Assembly: GCA_963707635.1 (NCBI GenBank)
Contig: OY970173.1
Coordinates: 928,001 to 992,000 of the forward strand
DNA length: 64,000 nucleotides
Direction of reading: 5' to 3'
From: Candidatus Latescibacterota bacterium
GTDB lineage: Bacteria > Krumholzibacteriota > Krumholzibacteriia > WVZY01 > JAKEHA01
Part shown: piece by piece, positions 18,425-26,337 of the stretch
Position numbering within the stretch: the stretch's first letter is position 1
How the letters are laid out: every line of letters starts with the position of its first letter
The notes under the pieces: model-generated
What the model was told of the DNA's origin: nothing
Databases searched by the model: none
What the model saw: only the letters and a program-made list of their open reading frames with translations
Made by a program: the position numbers and the translations under genes

Positions 18425-20725
18425 ATGCGGACGATTCTCGGCATTACCCTCGGTTTCTTTCTTATTGGGTTCGCCACTCCGTCTCCGGCCCAGGGCCCGG
18501 CCCACTTCTGGAGCAAGCGTTTCGGGAGCACGGGCAGTGACCGCAGCCATGCCGTCGCGGTGGACGGTTCGGGGAACGTGGTGGTGACCGGAGAGTTCGC
18601 CGGCAGCGTGAGCTTCGGGGGCACCACCCTCGTAAGCGCGGGGGGCGCCGACATCTTCGTCGCGAAGTACAACGCAAGTGGTGCATACCAGTGGAGTCAA
18701 AGCTTCGGAAGTGCGGGCACCGATGTTTCTAACTCGGTCGCCGTGGATGGATCGGGCAACGTGGTGATTACGGGGGCGTTCACCAATACCGTCAATTTCG
18801 GGGGCGTCCCCCTCGTGAGTGCGGGGAGCCAGGACATCTTCCTGGCGAAATTCGACCCGAACGGCGTGCACCAGTGGAGCCAGAGCTTCGGGAGCACGGG
18901 TGGTGACGCGGGCAATTCCGTTGTCGTGGACGGTCTGGGAGGCGTGGTCATGACGGGGGGGTTCGTTGGGACCGTGAATTTCGGGGGCGTCAACCTCATG
19001 AGCGTGGGGGGGCAGGACGTCTACGTCGCGAAGTACACCTCGGGCGGGACACATCAGTGGAGCCAGCGCTACGGCAGCACGTCCCCCGACGTCGGCAACG
19101 CCGTCGCGGTGGACGCTTCGCGCAACGTGATCGTGACGGGGCAGTTCAACCTCGCGGTGAGCTTCGGGGGCGGCACCCTCTCGAGCGCCGGGGGCTACGA
19201 CATTTTCCTCGCGAAGTACAACTCGAGCGGTGTGCATCAGTGGAGCAAGCGCTTCGGGGGCGGGACCTACGACGCCGGCGAAGCGGTCGCAGCAGACGCC
19301 TCGGGGAACGTGGTGGCAACGGGGTCGTTCGAAGGCACCGCGAACTTCGGAGGCGGCAACGTCGTGGCGGCGGGAGGCGGCGACGTCTTCCTTGCCAAGT
19401 ACGACGCGGGTGGAGTCCACCAGTGGAGCCAGCGGTTCGGCGGGGCGAGCGGCGAAGTCGGAAATGGTGTCACGGTGGATGCTTCGGGAAACGTCGTGAT
19501 GACGGGATTCTTCTTTGGTCTTGCGGACTTCGGGGGTGGCAACCTCACGAGCGCGGGAAACGCCGACATCTTCGCGGCGAGGTACGGCCCGAGCGGCAAG
19601 CACGTGTGGAGCGAGCGCTACGGGAGTACGGCCAACGAGATCGGCAATGGAGTGGCGGTGGACGCTTCGGAAAATGTCGTGGTGACGGGGTATTTCAACG
19701 GCACGGTGACTTTCGGGGGAGCCAACCTCACGAGCGCCGGAGGCGACGAAGTCTTCGTGGCGAAGTACGGTTCTTTCGCGGCGGAACCTCTCATTACGTC
19801 GGTCGTGGATGTCGGCAACGACCAGGGGGGAAAGGTCCGGATCCAGTTCTCCCGATCAGGATATGACGCCGTGGAACCCGCGAGCCCCACCCAGCGCTAC
19901 GAGGCCTATCGCCGGAACGACGCGCTCCCTTCGGCGATGACGGCATCACCGGCGGGCCCGCTTTCCCGCCAACAGCTCCTCGATCTGGGGTGGGTCGACG
20001 CCGGTTCTACGCAGGCGCATGCTGCAGCGGGCTACGTGATGGACGCGCCAACGGACGCGGACTCGACGAGCGCGCTCGGTCAGCACTATTCCGTGTTCTT
20101 CATCCGGGCCGCAATGACGACGCCGAGTGTCTTCTACGACTCCGCGGCCGACTCCGGCTACTCGATCGATAACCTCGCGCCCGGTGTGCCGGCGAGCTTT
20201 GCGTACACCACAGGCGTGCTGTCGTGGGATGAGTCCAGCGCAGCCGACTTCGACTACTTCTCGATCTACGGCGGCAGCACCAACGCGTTCGGGTCCGCCA
20301 CGCTGGTGGACTACACGACCGCCACGGACCTCGACGTGAACGCCTCGCCGTACGTCTTCTATTTTGTGACGGCGACCGACTTCTCGGGGAACGAGGGCAA
20401 GCCGGCGGTGATCAACACGCTGTCGGGAACCGGCGAGACGCCGACGCAGTATGTGCTGTCGATCTCATCGTACCCGAATCCATTCAACCCGGAGACGACA
20501 GTGCGCTACACGGTTCCGGCGAAGGGACGCGTCACCATCGAGGTGTTCGATGCGCGCGGCGGGCACGTCGCGACACTCGTCAATCAAGAGACGGAAGCGG
20601 GCGCGTTCACGGTGACCTGGAACGGTCAGGACGGACGAGGCAACGCCGCGGGTTCGGGAGTCTACTTCGCGCGGCTCACGTCGCCGGCGGGCCACAGGAG
20701 TTACAAGATGACCTTGCTCAAGTAG
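18425..20725 (+). CDS. Secreted SBBP-repeat beta-propeller protein with FlgD-Ig/T9SS-like C-terminal domain
   Basis: Seven ~61-aa repeats (WS.RFG...VAVD.SGNVV.TG.F...DIF.AKY); tail YPNPFNP...SGVYF...KMTLLK. Confidence 0.88.
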   Translation: MRTILGITLGFFLIGFATPSPAQGPAHFWSKRFGSTGSDRSHAVAVDGSGNVVVTGEFAGSVSFGGTTLVSAGGADIFVAKYNASGAYQWSQSFGSAGTDVSNSVAVDGSGNVVITGAFTNTVNFGGVPLVSAGSQDIFLAKFDPNGVHQWSQSFGSTGGDAGNSVVVDGLGGVVMTGGFVGTVNFGGVNLMSVGGQDVYVAKYTSGGTHQWSQRYGSTSPDVGNAVAVDASRNVIVTGQFNLAVSFGGGTLSSAGGYDIFLAKYNSSGVHQWSKRFGGGTYDAGEAVAADASGNVVATGSFEGTANFGGGNVVAAGGGDVFLAKYDAGGVHQWSQRFGGASGEVGNGVTVDASGNVVMTGFFFGLADFGGGNLTSAGNADIFAARYGPSGKHVWSERYGSTANEIGNGVAVDASENVVVTGYFNGTVTFGGANLTSAGGDEVFVAKYGSFAAEPLITSVVDVGNDQGGKVRIQFSRSGYDAVEPASPTQRYEAYRRNDALPSAMTASPAGPLSRQQLLDLGWVDAGSTQAHAAAGYVMDAPTDADSTSALGQHYSVFFIRAAMTTPSVFYDSAADSGYSIDNLAPGVPASFAYTTGVLSWDESSAADFDYFSIYGGSTNAFGSATLVDYTTATDLDVNASPYVFYFVTATDFSGNEGKPAVINTLSGTGETPTQYVLSISSYPNPFNPETTVRYTVPAKGRVTIEVFDARGGHVATLVNQETEAGAFTVTWNGQDGRGNAAGSGVYFARLTSPAGHRSYKMTLLK

Positions 20726-20739
20726 TCCTCCGGCCCGCG

Positions 20740-21660
20740 CTATCGGAGAAACGAAACGATGGAGTTTGCGGCCTTCTCGGCTTGTGTCACAAGCATCAGG
20801 TGTCCCGCACCCGGAAATGGAACCAGTGTGACCCGTGCTCCGAGTTCTTCCTTCAGTAGCTCGCCATTCTCCGGCGGCGCCGCCTGGTCTTCGGTCCCCT
20901 GCAGAACGAGATACCTGGCTTCCCCCGGCGGCGCCCACCAGTCCTTGAGTGGCGTGCTCATGGCCGCGGCCTTCTCGATTCCGGCTACACCGGGGGACCG
21001 GCAGGGCTTGAGAATCCGCCACGCAGCCGCGACGTCTTCATTCTTGCCAACCATGTACTTCATGGCCTCCAGAGCCTCGGCGTCCGTCGATTTGGGGTCG
21101 AAGATCGTCTTCAACGCGCGCTGCGCCGGCTGCTTCGGGGCGACCTTTCCGCCCGCGGCAAAGAGGATCACGCTACGCACGAGCTCGGGGCGGTCGGCGG
21201 CCAGCATGCGCGCCACGCGATTTCCGAAGGCGTGCCCCGCGACGTTTGCCGGTGCGAGCCCGAGAGCCTCGATCACGCCAGCCACGTCGGCCGTCAGCGT
21301 GTGAAGAGTGACGTCCGTATCCAAACCCGTACTCTTGCCCGACCCTCTGAAGTTGATCCGGATGGCCCGGTACCCGGCCTTTGCCAGCGCGTTTGACAAC
21401 CCATCCATGTAGCCAACCGTGAGACTGCCACCCGGCAGCAAGACCACCGCCTGGCCTTTTCCCTCGCTGAAGTACTCGATGTTCGAGTCGGCAAGTTTGA
21501 CCATGCCCGATTCGACGCGGCTCGATGGCGCCTTGCTCTTTGGCGTCGCAGTCTTCGTCGGCTTTGCGTCCGGCGTCGACTCGGGAGCCGGGCCTCGACA
21601 GCCGGAAGTCATCGTGATCGCCATTCCTGCAAAGAGGGCGAAGAAAAGTATCGTTCTCAT
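20740..21660 (-). CDS. Alpha/beta hydrolase fold lipoprotein
   Basis: TSGC lipobox, RGSGKS, nucleophile elbow GHAFG (Ser replaced by Ala), QGTED, GAGH. Confidence 0.8.
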   Translation of the reverse strand: MRTILFFALFAGMAITMTSGCRGPAPESTPDAKPTKTATPKSKAPSSRVESGMVKLADSNIEYFSEGKGQAVVLLPGGSLTVGYMDGLSNALAKAGYRAIRINFRGSGKSTGLDTDVTLHTLTADVAGVIEALGLAPANVAGHAFGNRVARMLAADRPELVRSVILFAAGGKVAPKQPAQRALKTIFDPKSTDAEALEAMKYMVGKNEDVAAAWRILKPCRSPGVAGIEKAAAMSTPLKDWWAPPGEARYLVLQGTEDQAAPPENGELLKEELGARVTLVPFPGAGHLMLVTQAEKAANSIVSFLR

Positions 21661-21825
21661 CTCGAAAGGTCCTTTCGATTGAGCGAGTTTGCGCGCAGTC
21701 TATGGGCGATGTCTCGCGGGTGTCAACCGACCTTCGCGGCACTCGAATCCGCCAGGGACTGCCCTCAAAGCACAGGAAGCCAGCGAGCAGGCCAACCTCG
21801 CCAACTTCGACGATCTCGATTTCAA

Positions 21826-21885
21826 CGTGTTTATCTGTTCTGGGACAACCAGACGTTCGTGAAGCAGGTGGGATTGGGGCAGTAG
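21826..21885 (+). pseudogene. Remnant 3' end of an ester-cyclase/SnoaL-like gene
   Basis: YLFWDNQTFVKQVGLGQ* resembles ester cyclase C-termini; no matching upstream part. Confidence 0.45.
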
Positions 21886-21901
21886 AGAGGACAAGGCTCC
21901 A

Positions 21902-21988
21902 GTGGACGACTGGACCCGAGAAGAAGTCGAAGCCACGGTTGCAGACTACTTCGAAATGCTCACCGCCGAACTACGGAATTCACATTGA
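21902..21988 (+). pseudogene. Truncated 5' fragment of an HNH/DUF3883-type nuclease gene
   Basis: GTG-start VDDWTREEVEATVADYFEMLTAEL followed by a stop after 28 aa; purine-rich RBS-like sequence upstream. Confidence 0.5.
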
Positions 21989-22008
21989 TGTATGACTAGT
22001 TCCCCCCG

Positions 22009-24489
22009 TCAGTTCGTCGTGTCATCGCCCTTGTCATCATCATCATTGTCGTCGTAGTCGTAGTTGTATTCGTATTCGTGCTTTTCCCTGTCGTGGCGCT
22101 CCCGCTCCTCGGCCCTCCAGCGCTTCGCCATCTTCTTGTAGCGGGGATCGCCGTGGAGGGGATCCAGGTCGTCGTCCCAGCGGGCCTGCGACCACATGTG
22201 CATGCCGGCGGCCTCGGACTTCTCGAGCCATGCGAACGCGGCGTCGATGTCGCCGGCCTGTGCGGTCGAGCACGCGAGGTTGTACATAGTGGTGGGCGGC
22301 TGGTAGCCGAGATCCAGCGCCTTCTTGAATGACGCGGTGCCCTTGTCGCCATCCTGATCCGCGGCGAGCTGCGCGTAGCCGAGGTTGAACCACGCGCGCC
22401 CGATCTCCGGGTGCTCACGCGTGACGCTCTCGAGGCGAGCGATCGACTTCCGCCATCTCTTCTCGTCGCTGAACTTGCCCCACCCTCCATTGTCGCCGTT
22501 CCACCAGCCGCCCTGGTTGAGTGTGAGATCCTCGGCAAGTTCGACGAGCTCGTCGAAGGCAGGCTCCTTGTGGAGGGTGATGAGGTCGGGGTCTTCCTGC
22601 ATATGGTCGGCGTCCACCGAGCCGGTCTTGATCGACTGCTCGAGCAGCTTGAGCGCCTCGGTGGTCTTGCCAGCCAGTGCGCGCGCGCACGCCATATTAT
22701 AGAGCGCGTCCTCGTCCTGGCTGACCTTGAACTCGTTGTTGAAGGCCTCCGCAGACTTCTCGTAGTCGCCGGAACGGAGGAGGTCCATGCCGACCGAGTT
22801 CCAGTCGCCATCGTCGACGTTCTTCCGCTTCGCGAGCCGGTCGAAATCCCGATTCGCGGCGCGGCGCGAGGACTCCGCGCTGCCGGAGTTCATCACCTCG
22901 TCGAGGAGCTTCCGGAAGCGCGGGTCGGCGCGGAGCGAATTCAAATCATCGTCGGCCGCGTATAGATTGGGACTGTCGAAGCCCTCGTCGAAAGACTCGC
23001 GCAGCGCATCGATCGCCTTATCCGTCTCGCCCGCAAGCGCGTACGAACAGCCGGCATTATAGTAGGCGGTCCCGCGGCGGTACCCGAGGCGGGCGGCGTG
23101 CATGTAGGCTTCGCCCGCCTTCTTGTAGCTCTCGTTGTGGTACAGATCGCTCGCGCGGTCATACCAATCGCCGCCGGAGCGCTCGTCGCGGTCGTCGGCG
23201 AGGTAGTACTTCTGGCCGGAGCCGCCTTCATCCTCGCTGTTCGCGGCGTCCGCGGACGAAATCGCAAACGTGAACCCGGGCTCCAATACCGTACGCTTCT
23301 GCGTCACGGCCTCGTTATTGGAGGAATACTCGTTGCCCTGCACATAGGCGTCCATGGGGTCAATTTGCGCCGAAACAACCGGCGTCGGGCGCACGGCGGC
23401 GACTACCACCAGAAGAGCCAGCGAGCCGGCCGTCACCGCGGCGAACATCCGCGGCGAAATGGTGGCCCGCGGCGAGTGCGCGTGCAGAATCGACACGACG
23501 CGCCGCTCCAGCGACGAGCGCGTGGCAAACGCCAGCGCTGTACCCGCGAGCGGGTCGCTGGTCATGACGGTACGCGCGATGTCGACCAGGTGCCCCGCGT
23601 AGTCGGACCCGCGGACACCGCTGGCCAGGACGACGTCGTCGCACGCGCGTTCGGCTTCGCGACGCACGTGGGTCGAGAGCACCCACACCAGCGGGTGGAA
23701 CCAGAAGATGCCGGTCACGACCCGCGCCACCAGCAGCCAGAGCGCGTCCCGCCGGCGCGCGTGCGCCAGCTCGTGCAGGAGCACCACGGCCAGCCGCTGG
23801 CGCGACCAGACCATCGCGGCAGCGGGGAGGATCACGCGTGGACGGCGCACGCCCACGATCATCGGGATCGCGACTTCGGGCGAGACATGCACGTCGATCG
23901 CGCGCTCGATTCCGAGTATGCGGCGTGCACGGTCGCATTCGCCGAGGAGGATTTCATCGGTGGTGGCCGGCGCCCGCCGCGTGAATCGCCGCGCGACGAA
24001 TGACGCCATGCCGATTCGAAACAGGATGGCCATCGCCACCAGCAGCCACGTGAAGAGAACGACGCGCTTCCAGTCCACCGCGATGCCGATGGATTCGCGC
24101 GCCGACGTCGACGACACGCTTCCCGCCGTCAACACGATCGGCGCCGGCTGGGTCAGCGCGGCGGTCGACGGCGTCGGTTCGGTCGTAGAGGCGTCGATCG
24201 CGGGCGAGAATTCGCGCGGTGCGCTGCCCGTGTCCGTGGCCCGGATCGACGGCAGCACCGGGAGCGGCACCGAGGGCAGCAACGCCGACGCAACCGGCAG
24301 GACCGCGATGGAGAGCAAACTTCCCACCGCGACCAAATGCCGCGTCGCGGGGCGCGCGCGGCGCGCGAGGGCGAGGTAGGCGCAGGCGAGCACGCCGATC
24401 AACGTCATGCGCGAGAGCCACCACACGAGCGACTCCGGCGTGATCGAGCCCAGTACCGATGAGAGACTGAAGATCGGGGTCATGATCAT
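22009..24489 (-). CDS. BlaR1/MecR1-type M56 peptidase with C-terminal TPR repeats
   Basis: N-terminal TMs, LLHELAH, FWFHPLVW, EAERACDD, LERRV; repeated YN.(A/G)C TPR units. Confidence 0.9.
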   Translation of the reverse strand: MIMTPIFSLSSVLGSITPESLVWWLSRMTLIGVLACAYLALARRARPATRHLVAVGSLLSIAVLPVASALLPSVPLPVLPSIRATDTGSAPREFSPAIDASTTEPTPSTAALTQPAPIVLTAGSVSSTSARESIGIAVDWKRVVLFTWLLVAMAILFRIGMASFVARRFTRRAPATTDEILLGECDRARRILGIERAIDVHVSPEVAIPMIVGVRRPRVILPAAAMVWSRQRLAVVLLHELAHARRRDALWLLVARVVTGIFWFHPLVWVLSTHVRREAERACDDVVLASGVRGSDYAGHLVDIARTVMTSDPLAGTALAFATRSSLERRVVSILHAHSPRATISPRMFAAVTAGSLALLVVVAAVRPTPVVSAQIDPMDAYVQGNEYSSNNEAVTQKRTVLEPGFTFAISSADAANSEDEGGSGQKYYLADDRDERSGGDWYDRASDLYHNESYKKAGEAYMHAARLGYRRGTAYYNAGCSYALAGETDKAIDALRESFDEGFDSPNLYAADDDLNSLRADPRFRKLLDEVMNSGSAESSRRAANRDFDRLAKRKNVDDGDWNSVGMDLLRSGDYEKSAEAFNNEFKVSQDEDALYNMACARALAGKTTEALKLLEQSIKTGSVDADHMQEDPDLITLHKEPAFDELVELAEDLTLNQGGWWNGDNGGWGKFSDEKRWRKSIARLESVTREHPEIGRAWFNLGYAQLAADQDGDKGTASFKKALDLGYQPPTTMYNLACSTAQAGDIDAAFAWLEKSEAAGMHMWSQARWDDDLDPLHGDPRYKKMAKRWRAEERERHDREKHEYEYNYDYDDNDDDDKGDDTTN

Positions 24490-24869
24490 CGTCCTTCCTT
24501 GCGCGCGCGTTCTATCAGCGCCGCCATGCGATCCAGGTCTTCCGGGGTCAGTTCGGCGCCCGGAGTTTCCAGAAGAGCCATCACCGCACCCGCCGCCGAG
24601 CCGTCGAAGAAGGTGTTGAGCAGGTGCTCCACCGCGCCGCGCCGCGCCTTGTTGCGGGCCAGCGTGGGGCGGTAGATGTAGCGCTTGCCGTCGTGCTCAT
24701 GGGTGAGTAGTCCTTTTTGCTCCAGAACGCGCAGGGTGGCGCGGACGGCTGAATAACTGGGCGGGGAGGGGACCCGGCGGTGAACCTCGCCCGCGCTGGC
24801 ACTGCCCGCGCTGTACAGGACATCCATGATCTCCCGTTCGCGGCGACTTAGTGTACGCATTCGTTTCAT
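24486..24869 (-). CDS. BlaI/MecI/CopY-family repressor
   Basis: LSRREREIMDVLY, PPSYSAVRATLRVLEQKG, FFDGS; overlaps the start of the M56 gene. Confidence 0.93.
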   Translation of the reverse strand: MKRMRTLSRREREIMDVLYSAGSASAGEVHRRVPSPPSYSAVRATLRVLEQKGLLTHEHDGKRYIYRPTLARNKARRGAVEHLLNTFFDGSAAGAVMALLETPGAELTPEDLDRMAALIERARKEGR

Positions 24870-24907
24870 GGGGGGTTGCCTCCGAGGCCTAAAAAGGCCG
24901 GGTTGTA

Positions 24908-24961
24908 TGCTGAATTTTTAGCACGTGCTGGAAAACTAGCACTTGAGGGGAGGGGTGTCAA
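24908..24961 (-). promoter_or_regulatory. blaI-like promoter with tandem palindromic operators
   Basis: Minus-strand TTGACA-17nt-TAGTTT; TGCT-N8-AGCA at 24908-24923 and 24926-24941, the second overlapping the -10. Confidence 0.75.
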
Positions 24962-25062
24962 CGACCTTTTTTGAGGTGCCCGGGCATTCTCACGTGACAA
25001 CACACCTGACGACGCCGGCCCCGAGGTTGGCAGCGATTGATTGAACCGCGCGGGAATAATCC

Positions 25063-25091
25063 TTTACATTGGCGCCACTTGTGCGTATGCT
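25063..25091 (+). promoter_or_regulatory. Putative sigma70 promoter of RRM gene 1
   Basis: TTTACA-17nt-TATGCT; conserved in copy 2. Confidence 0.65.
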
Positions 25092-25097
25092 TCGTTC

Positions 25098-25302
25098 AGC
25101 CCACCTTACACGGCCTCCGGACGACGATTGTTCAGCCTCCCTTTTCTAGAGTCGCTCAACTTTTTGAATCCTATCGACGGTTGACGGGTTGCGGTTCGAC
25201 ACGTTGTCGGGCCACTCTGGAAGCGCAACGGATGCCCGGAACTAGCCGGAGATCCCGAGAGCTTCTGCTAGCCGGACATCCGGCATTTTGGAGAAAAAGC
25301 TA
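25098..25302 (+). ncRNA. Conserved structured 5' UTR of RRM gene 1
   Basis: GTTGCG/CGCAAC, CGACA/TGTCG and GGATGcCCGG/CCGGaCATCC stems; closely similar to copy 2. Confidence 0.55.
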
Positions 25303-25581
25303 ATGAAGAAAATCTACGTGGGCAATCTGCCCTTCAGCGCGACCGAATCCCAGGTCAAAGACCTGTTCAGCAAGCACGGCAACGTGCAGTCGGTCGCACT
25401 CATCATGGACAAGGAAACGGGTCGTCCCCGGGGCTTCGGCTTCGTGGAGATCGACGACGCCGGCCTTGCTGCCGCTCTCAAGGCGCTCGACGGCCACGAG
25501 ATGGACGGACGCGCGCTGAAAGTGAACGAAGCCCAGGACAAGCCCCGTGGCAATGGCGGCGGTGGCCGCGACCGCTGGTAG
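25303..25581 (+). CDS. Single-RRM RNA-binding protein (copy 1)
   Basis: RNP2 IYVGNL, RNP1 RGFGFVEI, LKVNEA, Gly-rich tail. Confidence 0.95.
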   Translation: MKKIYVGNLPFSATESQVKDLFSKHGNVQSVALIMDKETGRPRGFGFVEIDDAGLAAALKALDGHEMDGRALKVNEAQDKPRGNGGGGRDRW

Positions 25582-25605
25582 CCTGATCGTTCCCTCGCAT
25601 TAACA

Positions 25606-25648
25606 CCGAGGACCCTGCCATCTCACGGTGGTACGGTCCTCGGCTTTT
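25606..25648 (+). terminator. Rho-independent terminator after RRM copy 1
   Basis: CCGAGGACC...GGTCCTCGG hairpin followed by CTTTT. Confidence 0.65.
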
Positions 25649-25730
25649 CGGTCAGAGGGAAAGCCGCGGTCCGGCCGTGGCGACTTGGCACGCCGAAGGG
25701 TGAAGAAAGTGGCGGAGGGCGGAATCGAGC

Positions 25731-25759
25731 TTTACATTGGCACCGCTTGTGCTTATCCT
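25731..25759 (+). promoter_or_regulatory. Putative sigma70 promoter of RRM gene 2
   Basis: TTTACA-17nt-TATCCT. Confidence 0.65.
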
Positions 25760-25765
25760 GTCTCC

Positions 25766-25968
25766 AGCCCATCTTAAACGACCACCGGACGAACATTGTT
25801 CAGCCTCCCTTTTCTAGAGTCGCTCAACTTTTTGGTCCCCTCGATGATTGACGGGTTGCGGTTCGACACGTTGTCGGGTCGCTCGGGAAGCGCAACGGAT
25901 GCCCGGAACTAGCCGGAGATCCTGAGAGCTTCCACAAGCCGGACATCCGGCAATTTGGAGAAGAAGAA
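25766..25968 (+). ncRNA. Conserved structured 5' UTR of RRM gene 2
   Basis: Same stems as copy 1. Confidence 0.55.
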
Positions 25969-26250
25969 ATGAAGAAGATCTACGTGGGCAATCTGCCCTT
26001 CAGCGCGACCGAATCCCAGGTCAGGGAGCTGTTCAGCAAGCACGGCAACGTGCAGTCGGTTGCCCTCATCATGGACAAGGAAACCGGTCGTCCCCGGGGC
26101 TTCGGCTTCGTGGAGATCGAAGACAGCGGTCTGGCCGCCGCTCTCAAGGCGCTCGACGGTCACGAGATGGACGGACGCGCGCTGAAGGTGAACGAGGCCC
26201 AGGATAAGCCCCGTGGTGGCGGTGGTGGTGGCGGACGCGACCGCTGGTAA
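25969..26250 (+). CDS. Single-RRM RNA-binding protein (copy 2)
   Basis: IYVGNL and RGFGFVEI; only a few substitutions relative to copy 1. Confidence 0.95.
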   Translation: MKKIYVGNLPFSATESQVRELFSKHGNVQSVALIMDKETGRPRGFGFVEIEDSGLAAALKALDGHEMDGRALKVNEAQDKPRGGGGGGGRDRW

Positions 26251-26276
26251 GCGGGTCGCACCCTCGTATTGACGCA

Positions 26277-26320
26277 CCGAGGACCCTGTCATCTTTGGAT
26301 GGCAGGGTCCTCAGCATTTT
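26277..26320 (+). terminator. Rho-independent terminator after RRM copy 2
   Basis: GAGGACCCTGTCATC-TTTG-GATGGCAGGGTCCTC followed by a short T run. Confidence 0.65.
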
Positions 26321-26337
26321 CGGTCAGTTTACGTCTT

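Larger units (their letters stand above)
25062..25655 (+). repeat. Tandem duplication copy 1 (promoter + leader + RRM gene + terminator)
   Basis: Aligns throughout with 25730-26327; period about 668 bp. Confidence 0.9.
25730..26327 (+). repeat. Tandem duplication copy 2
   Basis: Aligns with 25062-25655. Confidence 0.9.

Noticed and set aside
18505..19770. Regular ~183-bp periodicity as a CRISPR array or DGR
   Set aside because: These are in-frame coding propeller repeats; no spacer structure, cas genes or reverse transcriptase.
22020..22082. Short tandem repeats (TCATCA, GTCGTA, TTCGTA)
   Set aside because: They encode the low-complexity EYEYNYDYDDNDDDD tail of the M56 protein.
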